In this document: positions 41,420 through 52,451 of the stretch, piece after piece
Position numbering within the stretch: the stretch's first letter is position 1
How the letters are laid out: each line of letters starts with the position of its first letter
NCBI GenBank assembly: GCA_044892505.1
Contig: CM097883.1
Coordinates: 202,058,001-202,122,000, forward strand
Reading direction: 5' to 3'
DNA length: 64,000 nt
Source: Schmidtea nova
Lineage: Eukaryota
Notes under the pieces: model-generated
What the model was told of the DNA's origin: nothing
What the model saw: only the letters and a program-made list of their open reading frames with translations
Databases searched by the model: none
Made by a program: the position numbers and the translations under genes

Positions 41420-41828
41420 CATTATAAGTGCTTTATTTTTTATGTTTTTATTTAGTTTTATATGTAATCATTTTATGTATTTTCATTTAATGTATTCACA
41501 CTTTATTATTTAATAAATGTATTATAACTGTTATTTTAGTTTTCTATTTAATTTTTAAAGTAAATAAGTTCTTATTTTAATTTGTTTTTTGAAATATGCT
41601 TTAATATATGGCCGTAATTATTAAAAGTATGTATATTCATTTTATAGTTTTTTTATATTATTAATTTTATTTTCAAGTAAATAAGTTTTTAATTTGTTTT
41701 TGAGAAATTTTTTAAATTATGTAAAATAATTTTTATAAGTTAAAAATAAGATAATTAAATAGATGAACACACATACACAAGTTAAATGTAACAAAGACAT
41801 GCATTACGTGTGCAGTTAGAATGATTCA

Positions 41829-42874
41829 AGTAGGTAGATGTGTGGAGCCGGGAACAAAGACATTATGACTCATGCGTGGGCGGAAAAAAAAGAACAAAGA
41901 CCCCCCCCGGGGGGGGTAGAAAAAAAATTTTTTTTGATGAGTCATCGATGAGTCATCGATGAGTCATCGATGAGTCATCGATGAGTCATACTTTTTTTGA
42001 TGAGTCATCGATGAGTCATCGATGAGTCATAATTTTTTTTTTCAAAAATTTTTTTCGCGCCAAATTTTTTTTTTCAAAAATTTTTTTCGCGCCAAATTTT
42101 TTTTCAAAAATTTTTTTCGCGCCACATTTTTTTTTTAAAAATTTTTTTCGCGCCAAATTTTTTTTCAAAAATTTTTTTTCGCGCCACATTTTTTTTTCAA
42201 AAATTTTTTTTCGCGCCAAATTTTTTTTTTTCAAAAATTTTTTTCGCGCCAAATTTTTTTTTTTTTCAAAAATTTTTTTACAAATTTTTTTTTCAAAAAT
42301 TTTTTTTTTTAGGCCAAATTTTTTTTTTACTAATTTTTAAAGACGAATTTTTTTTTTTTTAAGATAAATTATTTTTAGTCAAATTTTTTTTTAAAGACAA
42401 AATTCGAGTAATCAAAAATATTTACAACAGGTGTGCAAACTAAACAAAGACATTTTTTATATGTGTGCATGTTTAATTAATTATTATTTGTCAAGTATGA
42501 AGCTTTTGCACTTCAAAACCATCACAGAAGAGGTTCTGCTTCCAGGGTTCTGATCGCAATGTTCTGCTTCCAGGGTTCTGATACTAAATGTTCTGCTACA
42601 TTTAATTATTATTTTTTCAAACTAAAGACATTGCAACACGTGTGCAAGTTAACAAAGACATTGCAACACACGTGCAAGGACTTTGCAACACGCGTGCAAC
42701 ATGAACAAAGACATTGCAATACACATGCAACATGAACAAAGACATTGCAATACACATGCAACATGAACAAAGACATTGCAATACACATGCAAACTAAACA
42801 AAGACACATGCGTGCAACACATAAACAAAGACATTAAAAAGACAAAATTTATTTATAAATATATCGTTGTGTAC

Positions 42875-42881
<7 letters not shown>
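41829..42881 (+). repeat. Left terminal inverted repeat of element A
   Basis: Reverse complement of 56029-57015 apart from repeat-number differences; followed by (TA)n and a gap. Confidence 0.95.
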
Positions 42882-42912
<31 letters not shown>

Positions 42913-44218
42913 ATCTTAATAATAATAATTANNNNNNNNNNNNNNNNNNNNNNNNNNNNNNNNNNNNNNNNNNNNNNNNNNNNNNNNNNNNNNNNNNNNN
43001 NNNNNNNNNNNNNNNNNNNNNNNNNNNNNNNNNNNNNNNNNNNNNNNNNNNNNNNNNNNNNNNNNNNNNNNNNNNNNNNNNNNNNNNNNNNNNNNNNNNN
43101 NNNNNNNNNNNNNNNNNNNNNNNNNNNNNNNNNNNNNNNNNNNNNNNNNNNNNNNNNNNNNNNNNNNNNNNNNNNNNNNNNNNNNNNNNNNNNNNNNNNN
43201 NNNNNNNNNNNNNNNNNNNNNNNNNNNNNNNNNNNNNNNNNNNNNNNNNNNNNNNNNNNNNNNNNNNNNNNNNNNNNNNNNNNNNNNNNNNNNNNNNNNN
43301 NNNNNNNNNNNNNNNNNNNNNNNNNNNNNNNNNNNNNNNNNNNNNNNNNNNNNNNNNNNNNNNNNNNNNNNNNNNNNNNNNNNNNNNNNNNNNNNNNNNN
43401 NNNNNNNNNNNNNNNNNNNNNNNNNNNNNNNNNNNNNNNNNNNNNNNNNNNNNNNNNNNNNNNNNNNNNNNNNNNNNNNNNNNNNNNNNNNNNNNNNNNN
43501 NNNNNNNNNNNNNNNNNNNNNNNNNNNNNNNNNNNNNNNNNNNNNNNNNNNNNNNNNNNNNNNNNNNNNNNNNNNNNNNNNNNNNNNNNNNNNNNNNNNN
43601 NNNNNNNNNNNNNNNNNNNNNNNNNNNNNNNNNNAATAACTTATAATAATAATATCAATTATTGTAATACTAATAATGATAATAACTTATAAAAATAACT
43701 AATAAAAAAAAATAATAATAACTAAGAAAAATTTTAAACAAAAAATAAAAACTAAAAAATAATTCCATAGTTTTAATTGATTGCGCAATTTATTATACAA
43801 TCAAAATGTATAGGCCCTAAAGAGGACCGTTATTACTTTCCCAATCTGTTTTCTGTTTTCTTTTCGGTTTCTTTTCATGTTCTGTTTTCTTTTATCTTTT
43901 CGGTTTATTTTCAATTTTCATAATTTGTTTCCTTTCAGTTTCGGTATTGGTTTCTTTTATCTTTGTTTTCTTTTCAACTCATTATTTCTGTTCTGTTCTG
44001 TTTTCTCAGAGCTAAAGTTGTTTTATTTTTTTTTTTTTTTACACAATCATAAATTGTGGCCCTGAAGAGGGCCGATTGTTCGTTCTCATATCTTTTTTTT
44101 TTTTTTTTTGGTTTTTTTTTCCTTGTTGAATTTTTTCGGCTTTTTCTTTTTGCATATATTTTTTTTTTTGTTATTTCATTATCCTCATCCTCATCATCTC
44201 TCATCATCATCATTCGCA

Positions 44219-47200
44219 TCATGCGAAATAATCCCGTGCCGTCGGGTCATAAAAATCGTACGGATCATCTGAGGTACCTTGTTGTTGTTGTTGAAGCTGC
44301 TGTTGTTGTTGAAGCTGTTGTTGTTGTTGTTGATGCTGCTGTTCATCTTCTTCTTCATTTCCATCCCGATCACCTACAAATATAGTGGTGTCACCCCCCA
44401 TATAATGACCATACGCCAAACTTTTATTTTTTTCCACCCAGTTCCTCTTATCGTCCCTACAAGATAAAGCCCTCTTATTACTTTTAATACTGAAAAGTTG
44501 GTGGTTTTTCGAAGTAATGCGGAACTGGGGGACATTGTATATCTTATCATTAAGGTAACAGTCAAGATAAGATTGATGTGTGAGACCTGCATCTTTCAAA
44601 CAGATCCCCTTGGCTTTCATGCAGGCCTCGTCTCCCATAAGACTATAGCACTTAGGTCTCAAGAAAACCCACTCATCATACAGTAGACCCTTATTCTCAT
44701 CCTTAAATTTGCCAATCACAGAATCAAGGGTCCTACTATACAATGCATGATGAGTGTCGTAATTAGAGGTATCCAAAAGCCTATCTCGAATCATGGCGGT
44801 CAAAAGGGTGTTAAGATCAAGATGTTTGATTTCCAAGAAGAAGGAATCAGTATCCCCAGCAACGATGTTAATTTCGCAGTTGAAGTCGTTACGATATTTT
44901 TGTAACTCTTCATACTGCAGCTGGTACATACGAAGTTTGGATAAATCCAGTACGGTTTGTCCAATGTAGCTGGGTCTATCCAAACATACTGATTCCTTCT
45001 GAAGCAATACGGAGATGAGGTCATTGTCTATTTTTGTAGTTTTTTTAAAATTTGGTTTCGATGTGTAAGTCAGCAGTTTTTGTGCCGAGTTACACAATCG
45101 TAAATTAATGCGCTTTTTTAAGTTCTCTACGGTTTTGCCGTAGAGACTATTATTTAATAATTTATAGAAATTTTTGTCGAGCTTATTTGTAGATGCAGCT
45201 CGTAATTCTGTGTTAATTTTAATATAATTAAAAAATATTTTCTCTTGTTTATATTTTATAGCCCTGTGGACTTTAGTTATTATTACTCCGAGTTTTAGAA
45301 ATAGTTGCAGAAGCCGCCAATGAAGAACATAATTCTTCTTTGGAAGATGCGTTAGCAACAGCTTCTCAACCTTGGATCCCGGTGCACACATCTTTTCAGC
45401 GGCAACTGGAAGATCATCCAGTTTGTCGTGAATCGATGCCGGAATTTCCAAATCCACTTCTATGGTGTAACCATAATGAAGTGTATCGAGATTTCCCGAT
45501 GTGCACTCACAAACGATTTGATTTAATAATTGGTCATCAGTGACCCACTCAAAATTACCACAAGGCAGGGGTTGGCTTAAGGCCCACCCATATAAATTAT
45601 TTATATCAATATATAGTAATGCGGTATCCGGGCTCGTCTTGACATAATGTTTATTGACAAACGTTAGTCCGCCGCGAATACCGCCCTCGAAAAAGTTATA
45701 CATCTCCATATCGGTGAGGAGCTCGATAGGAGAGTCAAGAGTTAATAAAGCGGAACTCCACGACATGCCGGGAATTCCGAGAAAATTTAAAGGCTCAAGC
45801 CTGTTATGGTTAATTGATTTTAATCGAAATTGCTGAAAATAATCAGCTAACAAAAACACATCCAATTTTAAATAAACCATCATGTAATCGTACAGTGATG
45901 TACATGATGTTTCTTGCCAGATTTTATGGGCAGCAGCATACTCGACAGCAGTTATATCTTTCCATTTCGGGGGTAAACACAAGGTTGATTTTAAAACTTC
46001 TAAAGAAGTGGCCGCGTCGTAAGGAAAAATGCCCTTGGCAGTGACTATAGTGCCTCGAAATTCAGATTGTGTTAATGGTAAGCTAGTGAGTGTTTTTACT
46101 GCGTTATTTAGAGACTCACTTACAAACTGATAAGAGTCAATAAATTTTACGGTGAGACTATCAATATATGCGAAAAGGCTAAGAAACTTTTCACTTGTCA
46201 AGGGTATACAACTGATATTCCAACTGTTGTATTTTGAAAGACCATATTTTAAAATATGGTGTAAATCGTAACCCTTCAAGTTGTGAAAGATTACGGGCAA
46301 AGAGTGTCGTATTTGCCGGGACTTGTTACATTCTGAGCAGGCTGCTCCAATATAAAGACCGGTGAAATGGTCGTGATCCCTAACAGGTGCAACTAAAAGT
46401 TTTTTGCATAAATAACAATTAGTGCTATTATCAAATTGTCGCTGTTGGGTCGCAGTGATAGTCATGCGTTTTTGATAATTTTTATAGTAATAGGGTGTCA
46501 CTATATACCGACTGATTGACTCAATTTCTCTTAAGAATTGATCAACACAGTCTAACCCTACAAAAGATTTGTAAATTCTCACCCCAGAAAAGTTGTTAAT
46601 GAGAAGGAGACCTGCGGCAATAGGAAGATGTTTTTGGTGGTGAACAGCATCTTTCGGTAATATTGCCTCGAAATCTGCATATATTACGAAAGGAGGAGTT
46701 ACTGTTTTCTTCCAATCAGTAAACTCCAAAAATTTATTTTTTGGTAATGTGTACAGTGTGGTACCCAACTGATTTTTGGTACAAAGACCCATATGACGAT
46801 TAAAGGCTTCGTCGTTCCTAAACCCATTCAAGCAACGAGGGCACCATTGACTACAAATCCTAACTGGGGTGATTGTGCTGTTTCGGCAATTCAAAAAGCG
46901 ATTCAGATCGGTAATCGCAAGATAATGAAAATTATCTTTTTTCTCCAAGAGAAGCAAATTTATGGGAATAGCCCCGACTACTTTACTACGGTAGACTATG
47001 TCTATAAAGGGGTGTTTAAGGACGACATTATCATCATTGTCGTTGTCGCTTACATCAATTTGGGCCTTTTCGTCATATGTAAGGACATTAATACTATAGC
47101 CACTGTTTTGTCTTTCAAATTTTTTAATATTTACTAATTTCATGGGCATGTCGTTGGGGTCAAAAACAAGTTGGGAAAGGTCATAAGAAGTAGTCCTATG

Positions 47201-47853
47201 TCTGTATTGGCGTTCAATACTATTGTATTTAACTACTGCCAAGAAACTGTATAAAAAACAATAGGTGTCATTATTTTGTACATTAACTAAACAACTTAAA
47301 TTTTTTAAGGTATTCGGCGTTTCGATATAACTGCTGCCGCTCAATCGACTAATTTCCGAAAATTTAGTCACTAAAAAACTAATATATTCTATTTTGGAGA
47401 TTGTCCAATTACTCCCCTTTTCGTTAATCTGGACAATCTTCTCATTTAAATTAGTGACACCTTCCTCAATAAAGGTATCACTCCACTCTCTGGCAGAATT
47501 TGAGATGACAAAAGATTGTAATTGATCATCTTTCTCAAATTCTCCCTTGAGACAAAATTGTATTTTTACTGATTTTAAATTAATAATATAGGATTTTAGT
47601 TTTTCTAATAATATATCCGGCACAGAGACCGTTTTTAATAATAAATTAGATACATCCATTTTTATAATAAAATGGGTATCGTTCAAGTCGGAAGTAACTT
47701 CAACAATACCCATTCCAATTTGATTATTATTATTTAAAATATTAACATAATCATCAAATTCATCATCATTGACGATTATGTCAGATATAATATTTATATT
47801 ACTACTTTTATTATAAATAAGATCATCCTCATCATCACTGATGAGGGATATAA

Positions 47854-47912
<59 letters not shown>

Positions 47913-48522
47913 GAAATATTATTATTATTATTATTATTAGAAATATTATTTTCATCTTCATCATCGCTGATGTCGATTATGATCAGTTTTTTAGGAACTG
48001 AATCCGTTAATGTTGTATTTTTACGTTTATTATTTAGTTTTTGTAAAGTATTATTATTTTGTAGATTTTTATTATTTTGTAGATTATTATGATTAAGTGT
48101 ATTATTATTTAGATTAAGTGTATTATTATTATTATTTTGATTAAGTTTATNNNNNNNNNNNNNNNNNNNNNNNNNNNNNNNNNNNNNNNNNNNNNNNNNN
48201 NNNNNNNNNNNNNNNNNNNNNNNNNNNNNNNNNNNNNNNNNNNNNNNNNNNNNNNNNNNNNNNNNNNNNNNNNNNNNNNNNNNNNNNNNNNNNNNNNNNN
48301 NNNNNNNNNNNNNNTTAAAAAGAGATTTTTTTGAAGGTTGGAATTGGGAAAGATGAGTCCTATGAGAAAGGTAAAATTCCTGATAAGAGGTTGTAGAAAT
48401 AATTTTACATGTTGGGCAGAGGAGGTGGGTGACACCATTATATTTATAGGTATAGTACTTTTCCATAATGACATGACAGTCATTATGGAAACGACTATTA
48501 CAAAAATTGATATAAGTTAAAC
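44219..48522 (-). CDS. Protein-primed family B DNA polymerase (pPolB); last exon starts at an acceptor at 48522, 56 nt upstream of the listed ATG
   Basis: Exo I YADFE, Exo II HNLKGYD, Exo III YLKLDV; pol motifs DINNLY, KLLNNSLYGK, GDTDS; endonuclease VII-like Zn insert CYLC...RDHDH.TG...GAAC..CN; contains an assembly gap. Confidence 0.95.
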
Positions 48523-49409
48523 CTGAATTTTTAATAAAAAATTAAAATATAATTTAAATGAAATGGTTAAATAATAATAATTATAAATTGTTAAAAAAAA
48601 ATAATATTCATCTTATTAATATTCATCTTATTAATAAGATGAATTTATCTTTAAAATATTAAGTAATTGTTTTAAATATATTACTTAATATGTTAAAGAT
48701 AAATTAATATAAAATAATTCCATAGTAATATAAAAGTTTTCGTCATATTAGCCTTCTTTTTAGTTATTTAAAAAAAAAATTATCATAGTCATTATATAAC
48801 ATCTAAATTCGTTTTGTTCAACTTGGTAATTTATCTTTTCACATATTAAGTAACATATTTAAAAAAAAAAAAATAAAAAATTACTTAATAAGTTAAAAGG
48901 TAAATTAATATAAAATCAATATAAAAAATTCAATATAAAAAAAAAAATTAAATATAAAATTAATATAAAATAATTCATAAATAAAAAAATAAATTCGTCA
49001 TTATTTCATCATTTCATATTATTGTTGATCATTTTTGTTGATCATTATTTCTTCATATCATTCTTCTTCATATTATTCTTCGTCATAATAATTCATCTGC
49101 TTTATTTCATTATAAAAAATTGTGCATTTCATATTATTTCTTCATATTCTTCATCATAATAATTCATCTGCTTCATTTCATTATAACAAATTCTGCATTT
49201 CATCATTTCATATTATTGTTCATCATCATCATTATTCATCGTCATAATAATTTTTTCATTATATCATAATAACAAATTATGTATTTTATCATAATAATTT
49301 AATCATTTTTAAAAGTTATTATTATTATATTAAATATTAAAAGATTTAATTAAAAATAATAAAAATATTATTATTATTATTATATAAATAAATAAAAATA
49401 ATAAATTAC

Positions 49410-49763
49410 ATTTTGAGTTTTTTAAACTCTGTCGATTGAAATTCATGGCATCATTACTCGGGACATCATTCGTCATCATATTCGGGACATCAATCGAGGC
49501 ATCAATATCAACATTATTCATATTCATATTATTATTATTCTCTAAAAATTTTAATATTAATAATAATAATAAATTAAATAATAATTATACCAATAATTAT
49601 ATTTGGTTTTCCGAGTCCATTTCTCGATTGTCCGGCTATATTGTTGGATAAATTAACAACTGAAAACATAAACAATGTAAATAAAATAAAATAAAATAAT
49701 AAGATTCTTACCATTCTGGCCTCCAGCGATCCGTGGTTTCATATTTAAATTTAAATTGTTCAT
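49410..49763 (-). CDS. Predicted small upstream exons (49763-49712, 49659-49591, 49541-49410), possibly the 5' end of pPolB
   Basis: ATG downstream of CCAAT and TATA-like motifs; GT-AG introns of 52 and 49 nt keep the frame open; the phase-1 donor at 49409 is compatible with the pPolB acceptor. Confidence 0.5.
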
Positions 49764-50136
49764 AGTTGTTTCTTTAAATTGTTGAATTAGATTTTAAAAT
49801 TTGAAAGTAAAAAGTGACGAAATAATGCAAGTATATACTATATAAAGGTTAATTTTATTAACCGACCAATCAGAATCGAGATAGGATAGGCAAATACATG
49901 CACACATACTGCACACATAATATACCTTTGTTTATGTATGTTTGACGTCACGATATTGCTTTGTATCGTGACAAAGACATGACATGTCACGTTTTATCAT
50001 GTGCTTATCACGCATTGATCACGCACTGGTCATGCCTTTGTGATGAAAATAATAATATTTATAATTAATAATAATAAAAATAATAATTAATAAAAAATAA
50101 TAATTAATAAAAATAATAAAAAATAATAAAATACAT

Positions 50137-50538
50137 TTATTGCTTTAAATAATCAACAACAGCAGACAAGCACCCTTTATAGGCACACATACAATGATCT
50201 TTATAGGGGCATGAAATGTTTTCAGGAACATATTCAACATCTTTATAATTATATTTAATTAATCTTAATTTGGGGAAATACTTCTTCAAAACATGCATCT
50301 TTTCATGATCTGTTACATAGAAAATAGCTCCTTTATCTGTAATATCATCCATTATACATTTTGGGCAAAAATAATCTTGTCCTTCAAACGATTCTATACG
50401 ATCTGGCCATAAAGATAAATCACTGTATATATAATACTGGGGTGTGAAAATATTATTGACATTCATAATACATAATTCCTTAATTGTTGTTCCACCCATT
50501 TCATTATATCCATAAAAATCGATAAAATAACAAGACAT
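50137..50538 (-). CDS. 133-aa protein resembling a degenerate DEDD/DnaQ-type exonuclease fold
   Basis: N-terminal FIDFYGY...TIKELCI pattern; Cys/His-rich C-terminus. Confidence 0.45.
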   Translation of the reverse strand: MSCYFIDFYGYNEMGGTTIKELCIMNVNNIFTPQYYIYSDLSLWPDRIESFEGQDYFCPKCIMDDITDKGAIFYVTDHEKMHVLKKYFPKLRLIKYNYKDVEYVPENISCPYKDHCMCAYKGCLSAVVDYLKQ

Positions 50539-50570
50539 TTTTTCAAATAAAGTTTATTAAAATAAATTGT

Positions 50571-50948
50571 TTATAACATTGATTTCAACCATGCAAGGCA
50601 ATGTTCACCACAAGTGATTGTTAAGGGATGCTGATACCGAATTCTATTATACACAATAGGTTTACCTATAGTTTGTAGTTTTCGAACAAGTAAATTCGGA
50701 TAATAATATCCAAATGGATCAAATACATGTATTCGATCTGGTTTCACATAAACTGCAATCCAATGTTCACCGCCCAACGTAGATGTCTGAGTATTTACAA
50801 TGATGGCTTGATTCATTTTCAAATAAGGTATTTTATCCAGAGGAAATACTCCAATAAATTGATTTCCCAATAGTTTTTTACCTTGTTGTAATACCTGAAA
50901 AGAACTATTTCAAAATAAATAACTAATCAATTAAAAATCTTACTCCAT
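50571..50948 (-). CDS. Adenain-like (C5) maturation protease, spliced: 50948-50944 plus 50904-50571
   Basis: Catalytic H (GEHW), D (FDPFG), Q and C (YQ...TCGEHC); ATGGA|gtaaga...aatag|T gives MDSFQVLQQGKKLLGNQF. Confidence 0.92.
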
Positions 50949-51053
50949 AATAATAATAATAAAAATAATAACTTTGATCATTTATACTGTTTAAGCTTTG
51001 CTCAAACTAGTAATGTTTAAGCTTTGCTCAAACTAGTAATGTTTAAGCTTTGC

Positions 51054-51866
51054 TTAAACCAATATTGTTCTATTGGCAGTAATTTGAACTTCATTTTCAA
51101 AAACTCCATAAATAACTACATGAACCGGTTCATCAATAGGTTTGGCAAACTTTATATCGAGTCGTAAATTTCCGTTTTGAGGGATTTGGCTTTGATTCAA
51201 ATCAAAATCGGGAGCCAGAACAAATGTAAAGAATGGATAACTAGATTTAAATTCATCTAGACCAATACCACAATTCAAGTTTTTATCCAAATAACCTAGA
51301 TTTCGGACAAGACTTTGCATATATGATGCACTAAAATTATCATTTTCAAAATCCTGGGTATATGTTTCACGATAATCGGTATTTTTCGACAATGTTAATG
51401 AAGTCACATTAAAATGTTTGAATGTAGATGTTGACTCGGTATAAGACCCATTATATTGATTTTCAGATTGAAAAGCCACAAGAATGAAATTAGGCATTCG
51501 TCTATCTCCAAATATCTGCTCCTTGTAAAATGACGATGCCCCTTTACCGATAGCAAACGATACGATTTCTTTGGATTTTAATGGATAAATTGCATGTTTT
51601 TTATTTAAACCAATTTGATGACCGGCCAATACTGAAGAATCACATCGAACTCTTCTTACCATTAATTTTGCATCAACTATTTGGATGCTATATGTTTTAT
51701 ATGCTCGAGTTGGAAATCGTTTCAACATCGGCTTGTTTAGACTGTATGCAAGTTGCCCCGATAACCAACTTTGTGTCTGTTGTTTCGACTTCTGTGCTTT
51801 TTTCCTTAGCTTTTCGACTCCACCGAAACCGGCGTCGTCTTTTGGGTTCGTCCAGATCTTCTCCAT
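51054..51866 (-). CDS. Chimeric ORF: integrase N-terminal ~60 aa fused in frame to the C-terminal ~210 aa of the major capsid protein
   Basis: First 59 aa match the element B integrase start; the rest (DAKLMVRRV...AIYP...GNLRLDIKFAKP...VVIYGVFEN) matches Polinton MCP C-termini. Confidence 0.88.
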   Translation of the reverse strand: MEKIWTNPKDDAGFGGVEKLRKKAQKSKQQTQSWLSGQLAYSLNKPMLKRFPTRAYKTYSIQIVDAKLMVRRVRCDSSVLAGHQIGLNKKHAIYPLKSKEIVSFAIGKGASSFYKEQIFGDRRMPNFILVAFQSENQYNGSYTESTSTFKHFNVTSLTLSKNTDYRETYTQDFENDNFSASYMQSLVRNLGYLDKNLNCGIGLDEFKSSYPFFTFVLAPDFDLNQSQIPQNGNLRLDIKFAKPIDEPVHVVIYGVFENEVQITANRTILV

Positions 51867-51918
51867 TACAACAAGAAGATTTAAAGTTTAAATTTAAATT
51901 AGGTAATGATTGACCCAT
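51697..51918 (-). CDS. Small 73-aa protein overlapping the integrase start (MGQSLPNLNLNFKSSCC plus a polybasic stretch)
   Basis: First 17 codons differ from the element B copy (starting 38806) only by synonymous changes. Confidence 0.65.
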   Translation of the reverse strand: MGQSLPNLNLNFKSSCCNGEDLDEPKRRRRFRWSRKAKEKSTEVETTDTKLVIGATCIQSKQADVETISNSSI

Positions 51919-51921
51919 TGT

Positions 51922-52431
51922 TTATGACTTTCTTTTTCCCAATAAACCAGCACCTCCCAATAAAGATAATGCTAATGGTAACAATGCTGCGATAAAACCA
52001 CCTTGTTGTTTATATATTACTTTGCGCATAAGTTTTTTATTTTTTGAGTTTACTAGCGACAACAATGGTTTTTTATGTTTGTTCAAAACACGGCGATTAG
52101 ATGGAGTTAGATTTATTTTACCTCGCACGACTTTAATTAAAATAGAGAGTAAATCATCGATGACGTAACTAGGAAACGATTGAAGAATACCCATTCTTCT
52201 AACGGAAGGGGTTTTAAGTAATGCATTAAAAAACGGTAAACTACGATGATGTGTTTGTTTAGCATTAGATTTCAAATTATTTTTGGGAATATTATCCATA
52301 AGTATTTTCTTGGATTTCTTTCTTGATTTCTTTATAGATTTCTTTGTAAATAGTTTCTTTGTTTTCTTTCCCGCTTTCTTTGTTCTAGCCTTTATCAATG
52401 GCTCAAACTTTACTCGAGATTTCATTAACAT
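51922..52431 (-). CDS. PW-like basic core protein
   Basis: Lys-rich N-terminus; ...RGKINLT...LNKHK..L..L...; QQGGF followed by a hydrophobic tail; next to the ATPase. Confidence 0.75.
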   Translation of the reverse strand: MLMKSRVKFEPLIKARTKKAGKKTKKLFTKKSIKKSRKKSKKILMDNIPKNNLKSNAKQTHHRSLPFFNALLKTPSVRRMGILQSFPSYVIDDLLSILIKVVRGKINLTPSNRRVLNKHKKPLLSLVNSKNKKLMRKVIYKQQGGFIAALLPLALSLLGGAGLLGKRKS

Positions 52432-52451
52432 GATTACGATTGCAAACAGAA

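Noticed and set aside
42016-42834. ORFs such as MARKKFLKKK... and MSLFMCCTHV..., mirrored at 56076-56872
   Set aside because: Translations of TIR tandem repeats, not genes
42867-43646. ORFs spanning N runs (also 11232, 29004, 36230, 48109, 57530)
   Set aside because: Artefacts of assembly gaps
43810-44080. Two ggccct.aagag..ccg hairpin motifs resembling a hammerhead core
   Set aside because: No GAAA or stem III; probably a decayed repeat
44279-48092. Short ORFs antisense to or overlapping pPolB
   Set aside because: Shadow ORFs of a long coding region or of poly-Asn/Gln codons; no independent support
48990-49310. Asp/Glu/Asn-codon-like region upstream of pPolB as an extra exon
   Set aside because: Frequent stops and an internally repetitive sequence; treated as intron or decayed sequence
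50988-51054. 2.5 copies of a 26-bp repeat after the capsid stop codon
   Set aside because: Simple local duplication with no evidence of function
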